Source of the DNA: Alphaproteobacteria bacterium
Lineage (GTDB): Bacteria; Pseudomonadota; Alphaproteobacteria; JBBDQX01
Assembly: GCA_965601735.1 (NCBI GenBank)
Contig: OZ271840.1
Coordinates: forward strand, 2,500,473 to 2,564,472
Length of the DNA: 64,000 bases
Direction: 5' to 3'
Every line of letters begins with the position of its first letter. Within the stretch, counting starts at the first letter, position 1. Shown one piece after another: positions 47,438 through 56,199 of this stretch. The notes below the pieces were generated by a model. It was not told where the DNA came from, did no database searches, and worked only from the letters and a program-made list of their open reading frames with translations. Both the position numbers and the translations under genes were made by a program.

Positions 47438-48361
47438 TTAAGAGGCGTCGCGCAGGCCGTCGGCCCCGGCGCGTGCAGCGAGCAGGCGATGCAGCTTGCC
47501 CGACAGTGGCTTGCCAAGGAACGCCTCCATCTGCACCGACAAGGCGGCAACGGCGTTGATGTCGACGCCGGTTTCCAGCCCCATGCCGTGCAGCAGGTCC
47601 GCGGTGTCCTCGGTCGGGATATTGCCGGTGGCGCCCTCGATGAACGGGCAGCCGCCCATGCCGCCGAGTGCGGTGTCGAAGGCGGTGACGCCGCTCTCCA
47701 CCGAGGCGAGCACGTTGGCCAGGCCACGGCCCCAGGTGTCGTGCAGATGCATGACCAGGGGAATATCTCCGACCGCCGCCTGGAGGTCGCGCAGCAGTGC
47801 TTTCACCTGGCCCGGATGGCCCATGCCGGTGGAATCGGAAATGGTGATCGCATCCGCGCCGAGTTCGGCATATAGCTCGGCGATCTCCAGCACTTGGCGC
47901 GGCGGCACCGCGCCTTCATAGACGCAACCGAAGCAGCACATGATGCCGGCGCGCACGCCGAGGCCCTTGCCGCGCGCGAGCGCATACATGTCCCGATAGG
48001 CAGCGATAGACTCGGCGCGTCCCCGCCGGGCGTTCTTCTGCTGATGGGTGTCGCTCGCTGACATTGATAGTTCGATGACTGAAATGCCGGCGGCAGCCGC
48101 GCGCTCTACGCCGCGGCCATTGAGCGCAAGGCCGGTATAAGTCACCCCGTTGTCCTGGTTGAGGCCCGCGCAGACATCCTCGGCATCGGCCATCTGCGGC
48201 ACATATTTCGGATGCACGAAGGAGGTAGCCTGGATGCGCTTCAGCCCCGCGGCCGCCAGGCCGTGAATGATCGACAGCTTGAGGTCGGTCGGAATCAGCT
48301 TTGCTTCGGGCTGAAAGCCGTCGCGCGGCCCGACCTCGATCAGGGTGGCTTTGTCGCTCAT
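47438..48361 (-). CDS. Hydroxymethylglutaryl-CoA lyase family (HMGL-like) C-C lyase
   Basis: EVGPRDGFQ motif and DRE-TIM barrel sequence. Confidence 0.8.
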   Translation of the reverse strand: MSDKATLIEVGPRDGFQPEAKLIPTDLKLSIIHGLAAAGLKRIQATSFVHPKYVPQMADAEDVCAGLNQDNGVTYTGLALNGRGVERAAAAGISVIELSMSASDTHQQKNARRGRAESIAAYRDMYALARGKGLGVRAGIMCCFGCVYEGAVPPRQVLEIAELYAELGADAITISDSTGMGHPGQVKALLRDLQAAVGDIPLVMHLHDTWGRGLANVLASVESGVTAFDTALGGMGGCPFIEGATGNIPTEDTADLLHGMGLETGVDINAVAALSVQMEAFLGKPLSGKLHRLLAARAGADGLRDAS

Positions 48362-48471
48362 GGACGGTTCCTCTTGGGTTGCCGCCTTCTTAGCAGAGCG
48401 GCGGCGGGGTTGGAACGCCGTGCTGGCGCGCCCCCGGGGCCGCCCGCTACAAATCCTTCCGGAGGACCGCC

Positions 48472-49587
48472 ATGCGCATTACCGATATCGAAACCATCGT
48501 CCTGCGGCTGCCCGAGGTGCAGCTGATCGGCGACGCCCTGCAGGACCTGCTGATCGTACGGGTCCACACCGATGAGAGCGTGACGGGCATTGGCGAGGTT
48601 CACACCCTGCCGCTGGCCGCCAAGGCGATCATCGAGGCGCCCAGCGCCCATATCTCGGCCCAGGGCCTGAAGGACCTGCTGATCGGCGAGGACCCCCGCG
48701 ATATCTCCCGGCTGTGGGACCGTATGTATCACTACAGCCAGACCTATGGGCGGCGCGGACTGGCGATCCACACCATCAGCGGCATCGATATCGCGCTGTG
48801 GGACATCCTGGGCAAGATCGCTGGCCAGCCGGTCTATCGCCTGCTTGGCGGTGCCCGGCGCAAGATGGTCGATGTCTATGCCAGCGACCTGGCCCGCGCG
48901 ACCCCCGAAGCCGAGATCGAGCGTGCACAGGAGCTTGCGGCGCGCGGCTACAAGGCGGTGAAGTTCGGCTGGGGCGACCTGGGCGGCGATACCGACAGCG
49001 ACATTGCGCGTTTCGCCAAGCTGCGCGCGGCGCTCGGCCCCGACGTGGACATCATGGTCGACATGGGTCTGCCGGTACCGCTGGCTGACGCCATCCGGCT
49101 TGGTGAGGCACTCGCCGAGCAGCGTGTCTTCTTCCTTGAGGAGCCCCTGTCCCCGGATGATTTCGAAGGCTGGCAGCGGCTGGTGGCGGCGTCGCCGACA
49201 CCGATCGCGACCGGCGAGAAGGAGGCGACGCGCTTCGGGTTCCGCGACCTCATGGAACGTGGCGGTTTGCGGATCATCCAGCCGGACGTGGCGCGCGCTG
49301 GCGGTCTCACCGAATGCCTGCGTATCGCCGCCCTGGCGGAACTGCGCGGCGTGCAGGTCATCCCCCATTGTTGGAGTTCCGACATCCTGGTGGCCGCGAC
49401 CCTGCATTTCATCGCCACCCTGAAGGACTGCCCCTACCTGGAGTACAACGTCATGGAGCAGCCCCTGCGCACCGACCTGGCGGTCGATCCCATCGTGCCG
49501 GTGGCGGGGCGGGTTTCGGTACCCGAGGCGCCGGGCCTTGGCATCGCGTTGTGCGATGACACCATCGAACGGTTCCGGGTCGCCTAG
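48472..49587 (+). CDS. Enolase superfamily (mandelate racemase / muconate lactonising enzyme family) protein 1
   Basis: MR_MLE N- and C-terminal domains and metal ligands (D...E...D). Confidence 0.8.
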   Translation: MRITDIETIVLRLPEVQLIGDALQDLLIVRVHTDESVTGIGEVHTLPLAAKAIIEAPSAHISAQGLKDLLIGEDPRDISRLWDRMYHYSQTYGRRGLAIHTISGIDIALWDILGKIAGQPVYRLLGGARRKMVDVYASDLARATPEAEIERAQELAARGYKAVKFGWGDLGGDTDSDIARFAKLRAALGPDVDIMVDMGLPVPLADAIRLGEALAEQRVFFLEEPLSPDDFEGWQRLVAASPTPIATGEKEATRFGFRDLMERGGLRIIQPDVARAGGLTECLRIAALAELRGVQVIPHCWSSDILVAATLHFIATLKDCPYLEYNVMEQPLRTDLAVDPIVPVAGRVSVPEAPGLGIALCDDTIERFRVA

Positions 49588-50477
49588 GCGGCGTTCTCGC
49601 TGATCAGTAGGGTCGCGCCGAGTCCATCCGCCGCATCCACCACGAGCCGTCCGCCAGCCTCGGTGACCGGGACGCCGCGTGAACGCAGTGCCGCGCGGGT
49701 CTGCGGCAACGACCGGCAGCGCAGGCACAAAGCGCCGATGAAGGGCAGGGCGGGAATCCCTGCATCTGGCAGCGCGGCGGTGAACTCCGCTTCTGACATG
49801 AACCGCAGCGCGCCCCGCGCCGTGCGCAGGGTGCGACTCTGGCGGCAGCCAGTGAAGCGCGCGTAGCGGGCTGCGGCGGCATCGGGGTCCGCAGTGCAAA
49901 TCCACAGCGCATCCAGAGCAATGATGCCATTGGGGTGGGCGAGCCAGTCGTCGCGCCAAACCTGCGCCGGTGTGACGTGTTCGCAAAACTGTACCCGGCC
50001 TTCCTCCATGGTTCCGGGCGGCACGCGGGTGACGCGAAAGCGGACCTCGGCGGGCCGACCGTCTGCGCCGGTTACCTCCCGGCGCAGGTCCACCACCGGC
50101 TGTGGCGCGAAGCCGTCGGCGACCAGCCGCGCGCGGTGTGCACCGGCATCCGCTGATCCGAAGGCGATGAGGTGGAGCCCCGCATAGCGGGCAAGGGCCG
50201 CATGATGCTGATCGGCAAGCGGGGTGTCCTCGCCCGTGGGCGCAAGGATTTCGAGGTAACCTTGTTCGAACACGGCCAACCGGTTGCCGGTCCCTGCTGG
50301 CGTCAAGTCGGCACCGGGCTCGGAGCGGTGCATCTGCTTGGTGAAAGGGGACAGGAAGAAACCCAGCCGGTACAAGGCGGTCTCAGCCTCATCCATGTCT
50401 GCGACGAAGAAGGCGGCATGGTCCAGGGTGCAGGAGCCGGGTCGCGGTGCCTGGTATCGATGTATGAGCTTAGTCAT
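49584..50477 (-). CDS. VOC/glyoxalase-like two-domain protein
   Basis: Weak VOC-like pattern. Function unknown. Confidence 0.45.
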   Translation of the reverse strand: MTKLIHRYQAPRPGSCTLDHAAFFVADMDEAETALYRLGFFLSPFTKQMHRSEPGADLTPAGTGNRLAVFEQGYLEILAPTGEDTPLADQHHAALARYAGLHLIAFGSADAGAHRARLVADGFAPQPVVDLRREVTGADGRPAEVRFRVTRVPPGTMEEGRVQFCEHVTPAQVWRDDWLAHPNGIIALDALWICTADPDAAAARYARFTGCRQSRTLRTARGALRFMSEAEFTAALPDAGIPALPFIGALCLRCRSLPQTRAALRSRGVPVTEAGGRLVVDAADGLGATLLISENAA

Positions 50478-50582
50478 CTATTCGAAAAGCACGCCGTACA
50501 CTATAAATTCCCTTGTCTCGCCAGGGCCCGACAGGGTTCTTAAGGCTCAATATACCAGCCTGCGTTCTGGAGTCGCCGGACC

Positions 50583-51689
50583 ATGAAAATCGAGGAAATC
50601 GTCGTCAGTCTTGCCAAGTTCCCGCTGACAAAGCCCTACCGCGTTTCCTATCGGGTTTATGAAGATTTCGATCCGATCATCGTCACCATGCGCGACGCCG
50701 ACGGGCGCATTGCCTGGGGCGAGGGGCATATCTCTCCTGGCTATAGCCATGAGACCATCGAGGGCGGCTGGGCCTACGCGCTGGAGCACGCCGCTGCGAT
50801 GCTCGGCAAGACGACAGAGGAGGCCCGCGCGCAGCTGTCACCGGCGGTGATCGCCGAAAGCCCGTGTGCTGCAACGGCGCTGCTGACCTGCATCGACATG
50901 CTGGAATGGCACCCGCTGCTGGAAATCCCGGAAGAGGCGCGCCTGCCGCTGCTGGAGCCCATCAGCGCGAAGACCGTCGAGGCGGTTCCCGACGAGATTG
51001 AAGAGCTGATCGAGAAGGGTTTCCGCACCCTGAAGCTGAAGGTGGGCTTCGACGTGGATGCGGACCTCGCCAAGCTCGCCGCGGTGCAGAAGGCGGTCGC
51101 TGGCCGGGCGCTGATCCGGCTCGACGCCAACCGGGCGTTCAATGCCGAGGATGGCCGCCGCTTCGCCGCGAATCTCGATCCCGAGGGCGTGCAACTGTTC
51201 GAGCAGCCCTGTGATTCGAAAGACTGGGCGGCGAATGCCGCGGTGGCAGAGGTCTCGCGGGTACCGGTAATGATGGACGAGTCGATCTATGGCCTGCCCG
51301 ATATCGACAAGGCGGGCGGCATGAAGGGGGTCGGTTTCGTCAAGCTGAAGCTGAAGAAGTTCGGCTCCACCGACTTGCTCAAGGAGGGTCTCGACCGGAT
51401 CGCCGCGAACGGTCTGACCAAGGTGCTGGGCGATGGCACTTCCACCGAGCTGAACTGCTGGATGGAGGGCTGTGTCGCCCGCGTTGCCATCGACAATGCC
51501 GGTGAGTTCAACGGTTACCTGAAGCCCAAGGTACGGCTGTTTGCCGATCCGCTGCCCTTCGACAAGGGCGATATGGTGCTGCGTCAGGGCTACCGCCCGG
51601 TGGTCGACACCGACATCCTCGATGCCCATACGGTGCGTACGGAGCGTTTCGCCCCCACCAGCAGCGGCGGCAGCCGCGCCGCGGAGTAA
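50583..51689 (+). CDS. Enolase superfamily protein 2, MLE subgroup (KxK motif; dipeptide-epimerase-like)
   Basis: TLKLKVG KxK motif and catalytic Asp/Glu pattern. Confidence 0.75.
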   Translation: MKIEEIVVSLAKFPLTKPYRVSYRVYEDFDPIIVTMRDADGRIAWGEGHISPGYSHETIEGGWAYALEHAAAMLGKTTEEARAQLSPAVIAESPCAATALLTCIDMLEWHPLLEIPEEARLPLLEPISAKTVEAVPDEIEELIEKGFRTLKLKVGFDVDADLAKLAAVQKAVAGRALIRLDANRAFNAEDGRRFAANLDPEGVQLFEQPCDSKDWAANAAVAEVSRVPVMMDESIYGLPDIDKAGGMKGVGFVKLKLKKFGSTDLLKEGLDRIAANGLTKVLGDGTSTELNCWMEGCVARVAIDNAGEFNGYLKPKVRLFADPLPFDKGDMVLRQGYRPVVDTDILDAHTVRTERFAPTSSGGSRAAE

Positions 51690-51691
51690 CC

Positions 51692-51707
51692 GAGATCAAT
51701 TGGCACG
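51692..51707 (+). promoter_or_regulatory. Sigma54 (-24/-12)-type promoter candidate: TGGCACG-N4-TTGTA
   Basis: TGGCAC at 51692-51697 and TTGT at 51703-51706 match the consensus TGGCACG-N4-TTGCW at 15 of 16 positions. It lies about 95 bp upstream of the pentapeptide-repeat gene, in an AT-rich gap. Confidence 0.45.
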
Positions 51708-51801
51708 AAATTTGTAAAAAATTGCGTTGCTGTGTCGTTCGTCACACGGAAGCGATACAGACAGAGTCTAGTGTGAGCCACTGGCAGCGCGGAGGAGTCG
51801 C

Positions 51802-53031
51802 ATGACTCCCGACGATTTCGTCGAGATTTACAAGGCACATCAACGCTATCTGAGCGGCACCGATGATGGGGACCGCGCGGATTTCAGTGAGCAGGACCTT
51901 GCCGGCCTGCGTCTTGTGAAAGCCAATTTGCAATATGCGACGTTCTCGCATGCCAATCTGACGCGCTCGACTCTCGCAGAATCGGATTTGAGCTTTGCCG
52001 ATCTTCTGGGCGTAAAGCTTGAGCAGGCTGACCTCTCAGGGGCAAAACTGTTCCGCGCTGATGTGCGCGGCGGCATGTTGCACCGCGCCAAGCTGACCGA
52101 TGCGGACCTGCGCGAATGCGACCTGCGCAATGCGGTGCTGACCGAATATCGGGGCGACATTCCCACCGTGGTGGTCACCAGCGCCAACCTGACCAGCGCC
52201 GACCTGGACCGGGCGGTGATGCGTCAGGCCCAGATGGCGAAGGCCGATCTGACAGGCGCGTCGCTCTATGCAACCGACCTCAGCGGTGCGGACCTTTCCG
52301 ATGCGGTACTGGAGTCCGCGCAGTTGAAGGGAGCCAACCTCACTGGCGCGAACCTTAGCCGGGCCAACCTGAAAAACGCCGATCTGCGGGGTGCGAACCT
52401 GCGCCGCGCGATGCTCGATGGCACCGATCTTGAAGGCGCACAGTTGCAGGACGCGATCCTGTTGCGCGATCCCGACAAGCTGCCTGAAAAGGTGCGTGCG
52501 GCGGTGGCCGCCCATGACCGGTGGATCGACAGCAACGGCAAGGAGGGTGAGCGCGCGGTGCTCGCCGGCCAGGACCTGTCAGGGATCGACCTGTCTGGCG
52601 TGGACCTCAGTGGCGCAGACCTCAGCGGCGCGGACCTCAGCGGGGCCGTACTGCGAGACTGCCTGTTCATGATGGCAGGCCTGTCCGAGACCAACCTGGA
52701 GGGCGCCGATCTGGCCCGCTCCGATCTCGGCGGGGCGGACCTCAAGAAAGCGAAGCTCGATAACGCCGCCCTGCAGGATTGCAACCTCGGCAAGATTGAG
52801 CTGAAGCGGCCCGATGGATCGGCGACCGGGCGCTTCTGGTCGGCCAACTTGTCCGGCGCTTCCCTGATCGGCGCGGACCTCACCGACGTGAACCTTCAGG
52901 GGGCGGTGCTGCAAGGCGCCAATCTGACCGATGCGGACCTCACCCGCGCGCTGCTCGCGGAATGCGACCTCACCGATGCAGTGATGCGCGGTGCGACCCT
53001 CAGCGGCGCCAGGCTGCCCGGCGCCGACTGA
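51802..53031 (+). CDS. Pentapeptide-repeat protein (two long A(D/N)LxG-type repeat tracts, 409 aa)
   Basis: Dozens of consecutive pentapeptide units (ADLSG, ANLTG, ...). GGAGGAG SD. Confidence 0.85.
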   Translation: MTPDDFVEIYKAHQRYLSGTDDGDRADFSEQDLAGLRLVKANLQYATFSHANLTRSTLAESDLSFADLLGVKLEQADLSGAKLFRADVRGGMLHRAKLTDADLRECDLRNAVLTEYRGDIPTVVVTSANLTSADLDRAVMRQAQMAKADLTGASLYATDLSGADLSDAVLESAQLKGANLTGANLSRANLKNADLRGANLRRAMLDGTDLEGAQLQDAILLRDPDKLPEKVRAAVAAHDRWIDSNGKEGERAVLAGQDLSGIDLSGVDLSGADLSGADLSGAVLRDCLFMMAGLSETNLEGADLARSDLGGADLKKAKLDNAALQDCNLGKIELKRPDGSATGRFWSANLSGASLIGADLTDVNLQGAVLQGANLTDADLTRALLAECDLTDAVMRGATLSGARLPGAD

Positions 53032-53104
53032 GCGCCCTGCGCGCGACCGGCGGCACCGGTTTCCTTGCGCTTTTCAATGGAATGCGGCAACGATAGGCCC
53101 CCAG

Positions 53105-53123
53105 CGGTTCCCCGCCGGAACCG
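53105..53123. promoter_or_regulatory. Perfect 7-bp inverted repeat CGGTTCC-N5-GGAACCG immediately upstream of the RBS of the sigma54 activator gene
   Basis: Lies in the 111-bp gap. It could be an operator or a small attenuator hairpin. Confidence 0.3.
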
Positions 53124-53142
53124 TGCGTGTGCCTGAGGATCG

Positions 53143-54603
53143 ATGGCCGATTCGCCCTCACCGACCGTGCTGCTCGTGGAAGACACGCTGTCGCTGGCCC
53201 GTGTCTATCAGGAATATCTGAAGAGCGAACCCTACGAGGTCGTCCACGCGGAAACCGGGGGCGAGGCCTTGGCCTTCCTCGAAGACCGGACGCCCCAGGC
53301 GATCCTGCTCGACCTCAAGCTCCCGGACATGGACGGCCTGGAAATCCTGCGCCAGGTGCAGACGCGCGAACTGCCGACATCGGTGGTGGTGATCACCGCG
53401 CATGGTTCGATCAACATCGCGGTCGAAGCAATGCGCTCAGGCGCGTTCGATTTCCTGGTCAAGCCGTTCAATGCCGAACGCATGGTCTTCACCCTGCGCA
53501 ACGCGGTCGAGCGCCAGCGCCTGAACGAGATGGTCTCGAGCCTCAAGGACGGGATGGACCGCAACGAGTATTGCGGGTTCATCGGGGCCTCGCCGCAGAT
53601 GCAGGCGGTCTACCGGACCATCGACAGCGTCGCCGACAGCAAGGCAACGGTCTTCATCACCGGTGAGAGCGGTACGGGTAAGGAGCTCGGCGCAGAGGCC
53701 GTGCACCGCATGAGTTCGCGCCGCGACGGCCCCCTGGTCGCCATCAACTGCGGCGCCATTCCGCACGACCTGATGGAAAGTGAGATTTTCGGCCATGTGA
53801 AGGGCGCCTTCACTGGGGCCGTTTCGGACCGCGAAGGTGCGGCGAAGCGCGCCGACGGGGGCACGCTGTTCCTGGACGAAATCTGCGAAATGGATCTGGA
53901 CCTGCAGACCAAGCTTCTGCGCTTCGTCCAGACAGGTACCATCACCAAGGTGGGCGGGTCCGCCACCGATCATGTGGATGTGCGCTTTGTTTGCGCGACC
54001 AACCGCGATCCCCTTGAAGAGGTCGAGGCCGGGCGCTTCCGCGAGGACCTGTACTACCGGCTTCACGTGATCCCGATCCACTTGCCGGCCTTGCGGGAGC
54101 GCGGTGAGGATGTGGTGGCAATTGCCGAGCGAATCCTCGTGGACATCGCGGGGGAGGAGAAGCGCCAGTTCACGGGGTTCGATGAAGAGGCCCGCGCTGT
54201 GCTGATGGCCTATCCATGGCCCGGTAACGTGCGCCAGTTGCAGAACGTTGTGCGCAATGTGGTGGTGCTGAATGACGGCGAGGTGGTGACCCGGGACATG
54301 CTGCCGCCACCGCTCGATCGGGTGACGGTGGAGGGCATGTTCCCGCCGCCGACCTCGGTGCCATGCGCGCCGGCTGCGCCCCAGTCGGCTCCCGCCGCTC
54401 CGGCGCCAGCGCCCGCTGCCGCCCCTGTGCCGGCGGCTCCGACGGAGATCCGGCCGCTGTGGGTGGTGGAAAAGGAGGCCATCGAGCAGGCGATCGCCTT
54501 GTGCGACGGGAATATCCCGCGCGCCGCAGCACATCTGGAGATCAGTGCCTCGACCATCTATCGCAAGAAATCCGCCTGGGCAGCAGATGACGAGGCTGGA
54601 TGA
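53143..54603 (+). CDS. Sigma54-dependent response regulator (NtrC family, LuxO-like): receiver + AAA+ sigma54-interaction domain + Pro/Ala linker + Fis-type HTH
   Basis: Receiver Asp in LLDLKLPDMDG, GESGTGKE, GAFTGA (GHVKGAFTGA), an ESELFGH-like motif, FREDLYYRL, WPGNVRQLQNVV and a C-terminal HTH. Long identical stretches to Vibrio LuxO as I recall them. Confidence 0.85.
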   Translation: MADSPSPTVLLVEDTLSLARVYQEYLKSEPYEVVHAETGGEALAFLEDRTPQAILLDLKLPDMDGLEILRQVQTRELPTSVVVITAHGSINIAVEAMRSGAFDFLVKPFNAERMVFTLRNAVERQRLNEMVSSLKDGMDRNEYCGFIGASPQMQAVYRTIDSVADSKATVFITGESGTGKELGAEAVHRMSSRRDGPLVAINCGAIPHDLMESEIFGHVKGAFTGAVSDREGAAKRADGGTLFLDEICEMDLDLQTKLLRFVQTGTITKVGGSATDHVDVRFVCATNRDPLEEVEAGRFREDLYYRLHVIPIHLPALRERGEDVVAIAERILVDIAGEEKRQFTGFDEEARAVLMAYPWPGNVRQLQNVVRNVVVLNDGEVVTRDMLPPPLDRVTVEGMFPPPTSVPCAPAAPQSAPAAPAPAPAAAPVPAAPTEIRPLWVVEKEAIEQAIALCDGNIPRAAAHLEISASTIYRKKSAWAADDEAG

Positions 54604-54609
54604 GGCGTT

Positions 54610-55005
54610 TCAGGCTGTCCGCATGGCATCCGCCTTGCGAATGACCCGAATGATTTCACACCAAAGGTTGAAGCGGCCCAGTTCTGCCAGCGGGGCCCAA
54701 TAGACGGACATCGCGTCGTCACCGGCGCAGGCCTCGCCGCCACGCCATTCGGCGGCGACATCGACCAGGGTGTAGTGCTTGTCGACACCGCCCACATGGT
54801 CGTGGGAGATGGCGTCAACCACGTCGACGAGGCCAATGATGCCGACGTCGAGCCCGGTTTCCTCCAGCGCCTCGCGGTGGGCAGTTTCGAAGATGGTCTC
54901 GCCCCATTCCTGATGCCCGCCGGGCAGGCTCCATTGGCCGCGCCGCGGCGGTTTGCCGCGCTGGATCAGCAGCACGTGGGAGTCGCGCAGAATGATGATC
55001 CCCAC
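54610..55005 (-). CDS. NUDIX hydrolase
   Basis: Nudix box GX5EX7REALEETG. GTG start. Confidence 0.75.
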   Translation of the reverse strand: MGIIILRDSHVLLIQRGKPPRRGQWSLPGGHQEWGETIFETAHREALEETGLDVGIIGLVDVVDAISHDHVGGVDKHYTLVDVAAEWRGGEACAGDDAMSVYWAPLAELGRFNLWCEIIRVIRKADAMRTA

Positions 55006-55046
55006 GCCAACATGGGGCAGCCGGCGGTCAGGCCCGCCGGTGGTGT

Positions 55047-56174
55047 TCAGGATGAGGCTTCCTGGTCGATCAGGTCGGCCTGACGGCGCAGGAAGACGTC
55101 GGTCTTCCAGTCTGGCAGCTTATAAGCCCAGCCGCGGAAACGGGCAGCGGCCTCCTGCGCTTCCTGCTTTACCGCCTCGGCGTCCTTGAGGATCGACTCG
55201 GTCGGCTGCGAGTCTCCCGCGGTGGCAGGCGGCGGCGGGGAACCGGATACGCCATCGGGATTGAACCCAGCATCCAGCACAATCCAGCGCTCGTCCTCAC
55301 CACCGGCCCCTGGACGGGTATGCACGGCGACGTCGATGATCAGGCCGTCGAAGGTCTCGAACCGCGCGAAGCCCTCAGCCGGGCGGCTGACGATCTCTTC
55401 GGCCGGCAGCACATCGTCCAGGATCAGAAACTCAAGTGCGTTGGCCATATCGTTGGCCCGGAACTGGTCTGCCTTCTTACCCGGGGGCAGGTCGTCGACG
55501 GTAACATCGGCTGCGTCGACACCGGCGCGGCTGACGCTCAACAGGTCGCCCTCGGGCCGGGTGTTGGTGACCGCGCGGATACGGGCCCGCGGCACATTGA
55601 CCAGGTCTCGCTCCAGCCACTGGTTGAGACCGCCGAGCACCGAGGGAATGTCATTGGCCAGCACGCTCTGGGCCTCACCGACCCGACGGACATAGAGGTC
55701 ATCCGTACCGGCAGCAAACTGCCCGCGCAGGCGCCGCTTGCCGATGATCAGCCCGGCGACCTGGTTGCCGTTGGCATCGCGCATGATGACCTGACCCGAC
55801 TTGGCGTCCGGCGAATCGATGTCCTCGACCTGCAGGCGGGTGTACAGCTCCGGCTTGCTGGTGCGTTCCTCAAGAATCCGCGCCTTGGCGATGCCGAGGA
55901 TCAGCTCGCGCATCTTGTCGATCTTGGCCGGGTAGCCGCTCTTCTCGACGATCTGCCAAGTGTCGTCGGTTAGCCGTGCTGTGATGGTGCCGTCGGTATT
56001 GCGGATCTCAACCTCAGTCACCGCGTTCACCCCATCAACAAGCTGCGGGAACAAGGGCGCACCGTCTTCCAGCTGGGTGATGACCGCCGCCTGGCGGGCA
56101 TTGAGCAGGTAACCGGCGGCGGCGACCGAAATGGCGGTCACGGCGGCGAGGACGATCAGCGGGTTCTTGCGCAT
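55047..56174 (-). CDS. DUF4340 domain protein (accessory to the GldG-type ABC system)
   Basis: N-terminal TM anchor, about 375 aa, AAGGAGA SD. In the position typical for DUF4340 downstream of gldG-like genes. Confidence 0.65.
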   Translation of the reverse strand: MRKNPLIVLAAVTAISVAAAGYLLNARQAAVITQLEDGAPLFPQLVDGVNAVTEVEIRNTDGTITARLTDDTWQIVEKSGYPAKIDKMRELILGIAKARILEERTSKPELYTRLQVEDIDSPDAKSGQVIMRDANGNQVAGLIIGKRRLRGQFAAGTDDLYVRRVGEAQSVLANDIPSVLGGLNQWLERDLVNVPRARIRAVTNTRPEGDLLSVSRAGVDAADVTVDDLPPGKKADQFRANDMANALEFLILDDVLPAEEIVSRPAEGFARFETFDGLIIDVAVHTRPGAGGEDERWIVLDAGFNPDGVSGSPPPPATAGDSQPTESILKDAEAVKQEAQEAAARFRGWAYKLPDWKTDVFLRRQADLIDQEASS

Positions 56175-56199
56175 GCTCGGCGTCTCCTTGCTCGGCGGC

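Noticed and set aside
53061-53090. TTGCGC...GCGGCAA imperfect inverted repeat upstream of the LuxO-like gene as a possible LuxO-type site
   Set aside because: The arms do not match (TTGCGC versus TTGCCGC). The CGGTTCC-N5-GGAACCG repeat nearby is perfect, so I reported that instead.
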